Part shown: piece after piece, positions 9,583 to 18,633 of the stretch | Layout: every line of letters begins with the position of its first letter | How positions within the stretch are numbered: the first letter of the stretch is position 1 | DNA from: Phycisphaerales bacterium UBA3190 | Lineage (GTDB): Bacteria; Planctomycetota; Phycisphaerae; Phycisphaerales; UBA1924 | Direction of reading: 5' to 3' | DNA: 64,000 nt | NCBI GenBank assembly: GCA_002364005.1 | Contig: DEXG01000023.1 | Location: 94,702-158,701, forward strand | The notes under the pieces: generated by a model | What the model was told of the DNA's origin: nothing | Database searches by the model: none | What the model saw: only the letters and a program-made list of their open reading frames with translations | Program-made: the position numbers and the translations under genes

Positions 9583-11063
9583 GGGGATGCCTCCTCGGCT
9601 GGCGTGTCGCCTCGCGCCGCGGTGTATGGTGTGTTTGTTTTTGTCGTGTCATATTCGGTCGCTGGCTCGATAGGCGCGGGAGGTTTCGGCTGATCCGGCC
9701 CGAGCAGTCTCATACGCTCGATTTCAGCATTCAATTCGGCTAGGCGCAAATCAAGCAGCTGGCTCTTGACCTCGAAGCGACGCGATACCGTCTCCAGCAG
9801 AATCAGCGTGTCAACTTCGCCGAAATCGATGAGCTTTTCAACTTCCCTCGACTGTTCCTCAAGCATCGGGACCAACTGCGTTTCGAACGCTTCGAGTTGG
9901 GTGCCAGCTGCAATAATCGCTGCATTCGTTGTGGCAAGCTCACGTGTGAGTTGCTCGAAGGTGATTTCCGCTGCGGCGCGAGCAACTTCGCGCTGTGCTC
10001 TCGCTTCAGCAATTCCAGCTCGGTTTGCAATAAGAATCGGAATCGGAAGTGATAAGCCAAGCAGAAGGCGGTCGTCGTTGTCTTCGCTGCCGTATCCACT
10101 GCCGATCGTGATATCCGGGTACTGCTTGCGGATCTCCAGGCGGAGTGTTTCCTCTGCGGTTTGGTACTCTGCACGACGCACCGCGAGCGATGTATTCGCC
10201 TCAATAAGCCGATGCAACTCGTCCGTGAACGACACTGACTCGCTGGGTGAGAGCGAGGGGATGAGCTCAATGTCAATTGATGGCGGTAAGCCAAGCAACC
10301 CAAGCAGATCAACTCGGGCTTGGGACGCCGCAAACTCAGCCTGAGCAAGTCTGCCGCGAGTCTGCACGAGTTCGGCACGTATGAGCCGGGCCTCGATACG
10401 GGTAAGTTCGCCGGCCTCTTCGAGCCTGTCGGTGATGGATCCGATCCTCTCGACCTGCCCGATTACGTCGCTCAGCAGACGAACGCGTTCATCGGCTACC
10501 GTCCACTCGGCCCACGCCGATCTGACACGAGCACGCATGGTCCACTCCGCGTCCACGATGCGCCTTAGCTCGGCCTCGTAGGAAGCTCCGGCGCGATCTT
10601 TGGCCACGCCCAACCGTCCGGATATCGGAACTGTGAAGCTGAGTGCTAGGCCATACTCGAACGGCCCCGAAGGCGACAAGATCTCAGCACCGTCGAAGCC
10701 GAACTCTGGGTCTTCCCATAGCCCCGCGGTTTCGTAGTCGGCGAGCGCAACGCCTGCCGCAAGCCTTGCCAATCGGAGATCGGCGTTGTAGAACAACGCG
10801 AGGACTTCACCCTCCGCCGATGACAAACCATCGGTTGGATCAAAGTTATCTGGCGTATCGCCACCAGATTCGTCCAGGCGGTTGAGGAATGCGTCGATCG
10901 AATCTGCGGCGTCTAGCCGGCTCTCAATTGTGTCTCGATGTGATGTGAGGTCGAGCGGTGCTCGCTCGTAGCTTTGGCAGCCGCCGAGCAATCCACCGGC
11001 CGCCGCCGCGGCGATGCCGGGCCAAGCCACCCGCCTCAAGAGCGGGGTTGTTGAGATGTCCAT
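9579..11063 (-). CDS. Outer-membrane efflux protein (TolC/CusC family)
   Basis: 494 aa with a duplicated alpha-helical/beta-barrel OEP pattern. First large gene of the operon. Confidence 0.9.
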   Translation of the reverse strand: MDISTTPLLRRVAWPGIAAAAAGGLLGGCQSYERAPLDLTSHRDTIESRLDAADSIDAFLNRLDESGGDTPDNFDPTDGLSSAEGEVLALFYNADLRLARLAAGVALADYETAGLWEDPEFGFDGAEILSPSGPFEYGLALSFTVPISGRLGVAKDRAGASYEAELRRIVDAEWTMRARVRSAWAEWTVADERVRLLSDVIGQVERIGSITDRLEEAGELTRIEARLIRAELVQTRGRLAQAEFAASQARVDLLGLLGLPPSIDIELIPSLSPSESVSFTDELHRLIEANTSLAVRRAEYQTAEETLRLEIRKQYPDITIGSGYGSEDNDDRLLLGLSLPIPILIANRAGIAEARAQREVARAAAEITFEQLTRELATTNAAIIAAGTQLEAFETQLVPMLEEQSREVEKLIDFGEVDTLILLETVSRRFEVKSQLLDLRLAELNAEIERMRLLGPDQPKPPAPIEPATEYDTTKTNTPYTAARGDTPAEEASP

Positions 11064-11147
11064 AAATTTAATTTCCTATCTGAGTGAACGACAAACCGCC
11101 CAATGCAGCTGGAGCTGCTCAGGGCACGATTTGGACTCAGACAGGAT

Positions 11148-11642
11148 TTAGAGAATCAAACGAGTAGTTGATACGATTGCAAGCCGCTGGGCACCACCTG
11201 GATCGAACCACTGCGGAATGCCCGGTGGACCGGTCCAAGACAGACCGTGCCCAAGTTCAGTGACAATCCAAGTTGGGGTTGGATGAACAGCATTCGTCTG
11301 CATCGAACCAATTTCTACTCTCGGAAGGCTGAGAAGCTCGACCAACTCGATTTCGATATCAATACAGGCACAATCCTCGCCGTGCTGATCAGCTGGCATC
11401 GGTCCAGGCAAGCCTTCTGCATGTCCGCAAGCAAGCTCGCACAATGCAAGCATCTCAGATGGCTGATGCTCGTGGCCGCCACCCAGACATAAAACGACTG
11501 CACCACCCAGACCTCCGTAGATAGCCTGAAAGCCGATGATCATGATCAAGAAGATGGAGAGCGAACGGTTATGCACGATACGAGTATACCTCGGCAATGG
11601 CGATGGGGTTGCTTGAGAGTCAGATGCTGAAGTGCAATTCAA
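11148..11642 (-). CDS. Cys/His-containing membrane protein (DUF2946-like guess)
   Basis: One TM helix followed by CLGGGHEHQ, CELACGH and HGEDCACID. Sits at the head of the efflux operon. Confidence 0.5.
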   Translation of the reverse strand: MNCTSASDSQATPSPLPRYTRIVHNRSLSIFLIMIIGFQAIYGGLGGAVVLCLGGGHEHQPSEMLALCELACGHAEGLPGPMPADQHGEDCACIDIEIELVELLSLPRVEIGSMQTNAVHPTPTWIVTELGHGLSWTGPPGIPQWFDPGGAQRLAIVSTTRLIL

Positions 11643-11676
11643 TTGCCACGGTTTCCCGTCTACCGGAGCTTCAGGT

Positions 11677-11997
11677 CAAACTGTCTTTGACGATGCGCTC
11701 TCTTCCTGATGTAGTGCAAAACCCCACAACAAAGCCCGCATTCGAGATCTCGGACCATGCGATCGCACCCAAGGCCTTGTCGCGGATCGAGTTGGGACGA
11801 CCTGGGATCAATCGGCGCGAACCAACATTCAGCGTTTGCCTTAGTTCCCAAGCTGAATGTCGTCGGTTCGATCCCGATCACCCGCTTTCGTAAGCTTCTC
11901 GCATGCAAGTGTTTATGAGGGCTCCGTTTTTTTGCACAACACCCGTTCTGCACTACAAATGATCCTTTGTAGTGCAGAATCATCCAAATTGCAGTGC
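11677..11997 (+). repeat. att junction 2: conserved upstream arm + 45-nt tRNA 3' half + conserved downstream arm
   Basis: 11677-11844 aligns with 35170-35337. 11845-11889 is identical to the tRNA 3' half. 11890-11997 aligns with 3716-3823 and 35383-35490. Confidence 0.75.
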
Positions 11998-12041
11998 TTG
12001 TCTTTGCGAGCGGATAATGGTTAAAGACCGTTCTCGATTTG

Positions 12042-12818
12042 TCATATCGACAGAATCAACAGCATGACAGCGGCCATCGCGGCCATGGTCAGATCCTCGA
12101 CGAGCGTGATCTTGGTCATAGGCAGGTTTAGCGCCGTGCCCAGGCAGGCGCAGCGGACAGCTCGCTTGTCGAGCAGCGCCTTGAGCACGCCGGCAGCTCC
12201 CACGAGCATCAAGACGAGTGTCACCGCGTTGGTCACGACGGGCACCCACGTGAGCAGATAGGCAACACCGAGCGCCAGTTCTACGAAGGGGTACGCCCAG
12301 CCCCAGGCGGGGATCTTGCGGGCGATGAGGTCGTAGCCGCGGTAGGCGGAGACGAAGCCGGACGGATCTAGGAGCTTGAAGAACGAGAAGACGATGAAGA
12401 AGCCGGCCATGAATTGCCGCATGAGGGGGTCGGCGGACCAGTCGCCGGTGCTAACGGCGACGAGCAGCGTGACGCCAGCGATGAAGCCCACGATCAAGAA
12501 GAGTGGGTAGAGGCTTCCCTTCGGTTGCTCTTGAGCCGTCGCGTGATGCTGATGAGTCGACGGATCGAGAGCGGCGGTTGCTGGTTCTGCCATTTCCACA
12601 GATGTCAGCGTGTAGTCGCCGGCTGTGGCAACGTCGTCTCTCAGCATGTTATCATCGGGCAGCGGGCTACCCGAACTGACGGCCTTACCCTCGTGCGGCG
12701 TCACATCGACGGAATCGATGCCGTCGAGCTTGAGCAGAGCGGTGTTGATTTTGCTCGCGCATCCGCCGCAGTGCATACCAGTGATGTTCAGTGTGGCTAA
12801 GCGTTTGTCAGTCGTCAT
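12042..12818 (-). CDS. HMA-domain / MauE-DoxX-type membrane protein fusion
   Basis: N-terminal heavy-metal-associated motif LNITGMHCGGCASKI, followed by 4-5 TM helices of MauE type. Start chosen at ATG 12818. Confidence 0.8.
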   Translation of the reverse strand: MTTDKRLATLNITGMHCGGCASKINTALLKLDGIDSVDVTPHEGKAVSSGSPLPDDNMLRDDVATAGDYTLTSVEMAEPATAALDPSTHQHHATAQEQPKGSLYPLFLIVGFIAGVTLLVAVSTGDWSADPLMRQFMAGFFIVFSFFKLLDPSGFVSAYRGYDLIARKIPAWGWAYPFVELALGVAYLLTWVPVVTNAVTLVLMLVGAAGVLKALLDKRAVRCACLGTALNLPMTKITLVEDLTMAAMAAVMLLILSI

Positions 12819-14181
12819 CAGGTTCTCTACTGTCGTTGTACTTTCGTGCGATGAAGATTGCTTCGAGCCCAAAAATCAGAGCCATCGATCCGAGGCCCAC
12901 GCCGACGATGAGCGGGTCGGTCGTGAGCTTGAGATACAGGAACGCCCCGAGCACGACAGCGTCGAGGACGAGAGCTATTAGCAGCACCCATGCCTTAGCG
13001 TTGAGCTCTGTGCGCAGGTACTTGAACACGCCCCAGTGGATCGCCATATCCATCACGATGTAAAAGATCGCGCCAAGGGAAGCGATTCGGCCAAGGTCGA
13101 AGAAGATCGTCAGCGCAAGGGCGATGACGGCGGTGTAGACGAGCGTGTGCTTTTGGATCCGCCCGGGCATCCCGAAGTGACGGTGCGGGACGAGGTCCAT
13201 GTCGGTGAGCATCGCGAGCATGCGAGAGACGGCAAACATGCTGGCGATGATGCCGGAGATGGTCGCGATGATGGCGAGGCCGATGGTCAGCCACTCGCCC
13301 CACTGGCCAACCGCCGGGCGTGCGGCCTCGGCAAGCGACGAGTCGCGCGCGGCGATGATCTCGTCAACGCTGAGATTGCCGGCAACAGCGAGGGTCACGA
13401 GCAGGTAGAGCCCGGTGCAGATGAGCAGGCTGTAGATGATGGAGCGGCCGACGTTCTTCTTGGGCTCCTTGATCTCATCGCCGCTGTTGGTGATGGTCGT
13501 GAAACCCTTGTACGCGAGGATTGACAGCGCGACTGCAGCGAGAAAGCCCGTGATGCCACCCTGGGCATCGGATGACGCGCTGTTGCCTGTGAGCGTGTCG
13601 AAGGAGAGACCCGACACCCAGAGGCCGATGCCGGCAAAGATGCCGATACCCACGATCTTAATGATCGAGGTGACCTTGCTCAGCCCGCCGATGACCTGAT
13701 TACCAAGCAGGTTGACAACGAACGCAACGACGATCAAGCCGACGCCGAGCGCGGGCACGAGCCATGAGTCCGATCCCTCGCCAAAGATCCGCATTGTGTA
13801 GGTGCCGAAGGTCCGGGCAACGAGGCTTTCGTTGATGACCATCGAGAAGTACATGAGAAGCGAGCACCCGGCGGTGATGATACCTGGCCCGTAGCTCTTC
13901 TTGAGGATCATCGCGATGCCGCCGGCGGACGGATACTCATTGCACACCTTGACATACGAATACGCGCTGAATGCAACGACGAGGGCTGCGGCGATGAACG
14001 CGACCGGGAAGAGGCCGCCAGCAAGTTCGGCGACCTGGCCGGTGAGGGCGAAGATGCCCGCACCGATCATGACGCCGGTGCCCATCGCGATCGAACCGGT
14101 CAGGGTCAGGCTGCCCTTCTCGTAGTCGGCCCCGTGCTTGTGACCTTCATTCCGGCCATCGCCTTGATCATTCTCAGTCAT
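12808..14181 (-). CDS. APC-superfamily amino-acid/polyamine permease
   Basis: 457 aa, 12 TM, motif GTGVMIGAGIFALTG. Its start overlaps the stop of the upstream channel gene (ATGA). Confidence 0.85.
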   Translation of the reverse strand: MTENDQGDGRNEGHKHGADYEKGSLTLTGSIAMGTGVMIGAGIFALTGQVAELAGGLFPVAFIAAALVVAFSAYSYVKVCNEYPSAGGIAMILKKSYGPGIITAGCSLLMYFSMVINESLVARTFGTYTMRIFGEGSDSWLVPALGVGLIVVAFVVNLLGNQVIGGLSKVTSIIKIVGIGIFAGIGLWVSGLSFDTLTGNSASSDAQGGITGFLAAVALSILAYKGFTTITNSGDEIKEPKKNVGRSIIYSLLICTGLYLLVTLAVAGNLSVDEIIAARDSSLAEAARPAVGQWGEWLTIGLAIIATISGIIASMFAVSRMLAMLTDMDLVPHRHFGMPGRIQKHTLVYTAVIALALTIFFDLGRIASLGAIFYIVMDMAIHWGVFKYLRTELNAKAWVLLIALVLDAVVLGAFLYLKLTTDPLIVGVGLGSMALIFGLEAIFIARKYNDSREPDDD

Positions 14182-14633
14182 CTGTGCCTTTCAAACGAGC
14201 TGTTGCGGTCCTTGAGCATGCGGTTCATCGCTGCGAAGATGAAAGAGGCCGACCACGCGAGATACAGCAACCCACTCAATCCCTGAGTGGATGCGATAAA
14301 CCGTAAATGCCCAGTTGGGAGAATGTCGCCGAATCCAATGGTGGTGTACATGACAGCAGAAGCGTAAAAATGACCGAGTAGACCATCCGTTCGATCTTCC
14401 GAGAGGGTGCCGATCTCCAACATATGCCAAGCGAAATAGTACGCCAACGCGTAGACAACGATGTCGAATACATGACTGATGTAGATGCCGAGCATGAGGC
14501 AAAAAAACCGGTGCCAAGTAAAGTCTTTGGATTCAAGTGTGAATTTTGCTGCCACCATAAAAAAAGCGAGACGAACGCCGGTGGTCAAGAGAATGAGCAG
14601 GATGCTGATAAGGATTGCAGTGGTCATTGGCAC
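14178..14633 (-). CDS. Two/three-TM potassium-channel-like protein
   Basis: Selectivity-filter signature TTIGFGD within a pore-loop context. Confidence 0.8.
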   Translation of the reverse strand: MPMTTAILISILLILLTTGVRLAFFMVAAKFTLESKDFTWHRFFCLMLGIYISHVFDIVVYALAYYFAWHMLEIGTLSEDRTDGLLGHFYASAVMYTTIGFGDILPTGHLRFIASTQGLSGLLYLAWSASFIFAAMNRMLKDRNSSFERHR

Positions 14634-14660
14634 AGTCCTTACATCGGTCTGTCGATCACG

Positions 14661-15575
14661 CTAGAACGCAAGCCGCACACCAAAGATCAGTGATACATTT
14701 TCCGTGTCAGTGCCGACCGACTCGGCAACGCTTGCGGTCTCACCGGCCAGCACTCCGTAGCGCACCCCGATGTACGGCGCGAACTCGCGCTTGATCTCGT
14801 AACGCAGGCGCAGGTCGAGATTCGCATCAGTCAATCCAGCACCGATCGCACGATCCGGAATGTCTTGGAAAGCGAAGCCAAGCTCTGCTCGGGGCTGAAG
14901 CACGAATCGCTGCGTGAGGCGGAGGTTGTATTCCGCTTCGACTGCGGCCGTAACATCCGCATCTTCAGAGATGTAGAGTGATGAGTCCATTTCAATCATC
15001 CCGGGAGCGAGGCCCTGGAGAGCGAGAACGCCGGACCATCGGTCCTCGTAGTCTCCGGATTCCCACTCATTGGCGTACTGGGCTCCGGCCTGCAAACTCC
15101 AGAATGGCGTGATTAGACGCGAGTAGAGCAAATCGGTTTCCGATTCACCTTGATCCTGACCTTCAAAGGCCAGTTCGCCTTCAGACTTCCACACAAAGCG
15201 GTTGTAGTCGAAGCCGACCCATCCCTGGGCCTCCCAACCAATCTGATCAGCGCCTCCCCCGTCCGGAATCCTGTATTCGAGCTGCTCAAACAGAGTGAAG
15301 AACTTCAACTCGTCATCTGCGACTGGATCTGGATAGCTTTCTGGGGGCGGGCCCGCGGCATAGTCAAGCACACCGTCCAGAGACATGCCTTCTGGTAAGG
15401 CGGGACCGTCACTGTGATGAGACCCTTCAGCGGATGTTTCGGGCTGCGGCTGCTGCGATGTCTCCGGTGTCTCGGTCTTGGTTTCGCTTGCGGGATGCTC
15501 GTGCTGCGCGAGCGCTGGCTCGACTGCCATTCCCCAAGAGACTAGAATCAACAACACACACTTATGAATCTGCAT
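14661..15575 (-). CDS. copB: Copper resistance protein B (CopB/PcoB outer-membrane protein)
   Basis: Signal peptide, His/Met/Pro-rich N-terminus and a beta-barrel C-terminus. Start ATG 15575 follows GAGGAGG and overlaps the end of the oxidase gene. Confidence 0.85.
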   Translation of the reverse strand: MQIHKCVLLILVSWGMAVEPALAQHEHPASETKTETPETSQQPQPETSAEGSHHSDGPALPEGMSLDGVLDYAAGPPPESYPDPVADDELKFFTLFEQLEYRIPDGGGADQIGWEAQGWVGFDYNRFVWKSEGELAFEGQDQGESETDLLYSRLITPFWSLQAGAQYANEWESGDYEDRWSGVLALQGLAPGMIEMDSSLYISEDADVTAAVEAEYNLRLTQRFVLQPRAELGFAFQDIPDRAIGAGLTDANLDLRLRYEIKREFAPYIGVRYGVLAGETASVAESVGTDTENVSLIFGVRLAF

Positions 15576-17427
15576 TTGCAGCCTCCTCTTCCAGAGAACG
15601 GACAACGGCAATCGTCCGGAACATGCCCATCTTCATGTGATAGAGGACGTGGCAATGAAACGCCCACTGCCCCGGCGCATCGGCCGTGATGTCGACCGTG
15701 AGAAGCTCAGCAGGCTGGACATTCACGGTGTGCTTGCGTGGATTCTTGGCGTAATTGTTTCCTGCATAGAGATCCATCCACATGCCATGGAGGTGAATCG
15801 GATGATTCATCATGGTGTCGTTGATCATGTTGATGCGCAGGCGTTCGCCGTATTGAAAGCGGATCATGTCCGCTTCCGACCACTTCTTGCCGTCGAACCC
15901 CCAGATGTACTTATGCATATTTCCAGTCAGGTGAAGATCGAACTGTCGAGTCGGTGGACGCCGATCGGAGGGTGTTTCTAGGCATCGGAGTTGCGAATAG
16001 GTGAGAACGCGCCGCCCATCATCCCCAAGCCCCGAGCCCGGATCGCTCAGTTGACGATACCTGGTGCGCCCCATCACGATGCTACCCGGGCCGTGCATAT
16101 CGGGGCCATGCTCGATCCGCTCCGGCAACCCCGATGTCGGTAGGTCTTCGACCGAACTCGCAGACCCCTCGTTGGTGTGCGCGGTATCGGCTGCGTCACT
16201 CATGTCCCCGTGCGACCCGTGCTCCATTGAACCCGCGTCCGAGGAGTCGCCATTCATCACGGTGTGCATCATCCCCATGTCCGCCATTGTGAGCATGGGT
16301 CGCTGACGACACTCTGGTATCGCCGCTTCGATATCAAGACGAGGTCCGATTGTGCCGCGTGCGAACCCGCTCCGGTCCATCGCTTCGGCAAAGAGCGTCC
16401 TCGGGCGATCGTCGGGAAGCGTGACGATGACATCGTAGGTTTCCGCAACGGCGATCCGGAGCTCGTCGGTTTCCACAGGCTCGATGTTCTGGCCATCGGC
16501 TTGGACCACCGTCATCGGCAAACCGTTGACCCTGAAGTCGTAGTACGTCAATGCAGAGGCATTGACGATCCGCAGGCGAACACGCTGGCCGGGCTGCGCA
16601 ACAGCAGCCCAGTTTTCATCCGGGGTCCGCCCATTCATGAGGAAGGTGTATATCGATCCGGTCACATCGGCGATGTCCGTTGGGTCCATCCGCATGCGTT
16701 GCCAGTTAAATCGCGTCTTGAGAACCTCGGTAAAGCTTTGCCCCGTAGCCTCGGCTTGCGTATTCAGGTTCGCAAGCGTGGGGCGTTGGAAGTTGAAATA
16801 GCCCTCCATCGTCTTGAGCTTGTGCATCACCACATACGGGTCCATGTGCGTCCAGTCTGACAAGACAATCGAGTATTCGATGTCGTACTCGACGGGATCC
16901 TTGTCGGCTGGATCGATGATCAACTGCCCGTAGTGGCCGAGCTGCTCTTGGAGCCCGGAATGGCTGTGATACCAGTAGGTTCCATTCTGACGCACAGGGT
17001 ACCGATACTCGAATGTCGTTCCCGGATCGATCCCCTCGAAGCTGACTCCTGGCACGCCGTCCATTGTGAATGGCACCAGAAGCCCGTGCCAATGGATCGA
17101 TGTTGATTCGTCAAGACGGTTGTGCACACGGATCAACGCCTCCCGGCCCTCACGCATGCGGATCAGCGGACCGGGGATGCCTCCATTGATCGTGATCGCA
17201 GACGACGGACGACAACCGATGTCAATCGTTTTCCGCTCAATAAATAGATCGATACCCTCTGGCGAGGTGGCGTCGAGCTCCGAGCTCGTCCCTCGCGCTA
17301 ATTCGCCAGACGCGCGCGCAACACCGGGGACCGACAATGCATAGGCGGCAAGCACGGCCCGACCACCGGTCCCGATAAACCGGCGTCGACTCCATGATTC
17401 CCATACTCGTGGATCGATATCAGACAT
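15562..17427 (-). CDS. copA: Periplasmic multicopper oxidase CopA/PcoA
   Basis: Tat signal (SRRRFIGTGG), copper-site motifs HWHGL and HCHVLYHMKMGM, and a Met/His-rich insert. Confidence 0.9.
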   Translation of the reverse strand: MSDIDPRVWESWSRRRFIGTGGRAVLAAYALSVPGVARASGELARGTSSELDATSPEGIDLFIERKTIDIGCRPSSAITINGGIPGPLIRMREGREALIRVHNRLDESTSIHWHGLLVPFTMDGVPGVSFEGIDPGTTFEYRYPVRQNGTYWYHSHSGLQEQLGHYGQLIIDPADKDPVEYDIEYSIVLSDWTHMDPYVVMHKLKTMEGYFNFQRPTLANLNTQAEATGQSFTEVLKTRFNWQRMRMDPTDIADVTGSIYTFLMNGRTPDENWAAVAQPGQRVRLRIVNASALTYYDFRVNGLPMTVVQADGQNIEPVETDELRIAVAETYDVIVTLPDDRPRTLFAEAMDRSGFARGTIGPRLDIEAAIPECRQRPMLTMADMGMMHTVMNGDSSDAGSMEHGSHGDMSDAADTAHTNEGSASSVEDLPTSGLPERIEHGPDMHGPGSIVMGRTRYRQLSDPGSGLGDDGRRVLTYSQLRCLETPSDRRPPTRQFDLHLTGNMHKYIWGFDGKKWSEADMIRFQYGERLRINMINDTMMNHPIHLHGMWMDLYAGNNYAKNPRKHTVNVQPAELLTVDITADAPGQWAFHCHVLYHMKMGMFRTIAVVRSLEEEAANADS

Positions 17428-17493
17428 GGTGATTATTCTCCCGCAATGCATACATACTAGAAATTGGTGACGATGCTGGTGGTAAAATATTTC

Positions 17494-18123
17494 TCATTGT
17501 GCACTTGTGTAAAGCGAAACCCTTGCTTTCTTGAGCATGCCAATGAAGGCCAAGCCGGGCTCCTTGAACTCGCTCAGCCGCAGGGTCTGCCAGTGGCGAT
17601 CGAGGTATTCATCAAGGTAGGATATAACCTGCGAGAGAAGGATCACATGGCAATGTCGCCCAACACTCTGGTCGTGCGTTGATCCGAAAGCGACCAGACG
17701 GACCCGGTGCCCCGATTGAGTCTGTGCGGCTCCTCGACTCACAAGTTCGGTGGCTAATGTCTCCGCGTGGTCGTAACTGCAGCATCCGAACCTCGTTAAG
17801 GCTGCACGCAGTACAGCGGGTTCCGTGGCTCCTCTATTGAGAGTTGCCTTTCCCTCTTTGACCTCACCGACGAGCATGTCGGCTCCGCCATCGGTGAGCG
17901 CGAGTGCTGGGTCAACCTCACCGACTGCAACGTCCTGGGTAGAGGATCTACCGCGCCTTGGGATCAACCGAGCGGCATCGGGAAATCGAAATGCCAAAAC
18001 GTCGATGTCAGTCGCGGTTCGGTGGATGCCCGAGCGACCTGATTCGACGATTGGGAATTCGGTGACAGTGAAGTAGCCATTGACCCTAAGGTAAGCCTGC
18101 ACCAGTGCGACTGCGTTGTCCAT
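17494..18123 (-). CDS. Hypothetical protein with a PD-(D/E)xK nuclease-like motif
   Basis: DIDVLAF ... LVGEVKEGK spacing is typical of the restriction-endonuclease fold. No other recognisable domain. Confidence 0.5.
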   Translation of the reverse strand: MDNAVALVQAYLRVNGYFTVTEFPIVESGRSGIHRTATDIDVLAFRFPDAARLIPRRGRSSTQDVAVGEVDPALALTDGGADMLVGEVKEGKATLNRGATEPAVLRAALTRFGCCSYDHAETLATELVSRGAAQTQSGHRVRLVAFGSTHDQSVGRHCHVILLSQVISYLDEYLDRHWQTLRLSEFKEPGLAFIGMLKKARVSLYTSAQ

Positions 18124-18144
18124 TGTGATACTCCTTCGAGTAAT

Positions 18145-18594
18145 CTAAGGTGTCGGGGTAGATACATGTATTGCCTCGGCCTCGGAAACGAAGTATTCCG
18201 TGATTGCGATACCAAATGGTGAGGAGGCATCGGACTCAACAACTCGTTGATTCCACGCCTTCATCCACTCAACGTGCCGGAGAATCGCGTCCTCTTGGTT
18301 CCCGAGACTGGGATCGAGTTCATACAACTCTATCTTGGCTTGCATTCGTCTCTTGGACCACCGGTAGATGGCCTCGGGATCCATACCACCTCGCGGAGCA
18401 CCGCTTTCTGCATCGTGGAACATGTGACAGATGCGCTCAGCGACTTGGAGCTTGGCTCGGGCGGCATCGAGCTGATCCATGGCCGCTACGCGGCCTTCAG
18501 GTTGGCGTTCGCCGGCGTCAAGACTGCCGGCCGCGATTGTGAACAATGCGATCATCAGAATGGCTGCGGTTATGGTGGGCGTGAAATGTTTCAT
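18145..18594 (-). CDS. Secreted hypothetical protein
   Basis: N-terminal signal peptide (ILMIALFTIAAGSLDA). Sits between the nuclease-like gene and the ATPase. Confidence 0.5.
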   Translation of the reverse strand: MKHFTPTITAAILMIALFTIAAGSLDAGERQPEGRVAAMDQLDAARAKLQVAERICHMFHDAESGAPRGGMDPEAIYRWSKRRMQAKIELYELDPSLGNQEDAILRHVEWMKAWNQRVVESDASSPFGIAITEYFVSEAEAIHVSTPTP

Positions 18595-18633
18595 GGCTCA
18601 TGTCCTATTGAGGGGATATATGTAAATCGCTTC

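Larger units (their letters stand above)
3671..11889 (+). mobile_element. Island 1: att-bounded heavy-metal RND efflux island without a recombinase gene (CIME-like)
   Basis: Bounded by direct copies of the tRNA 3' half and conserved arms. The cargo is a single minus-strand efflux operon. Confidence 0.6.
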
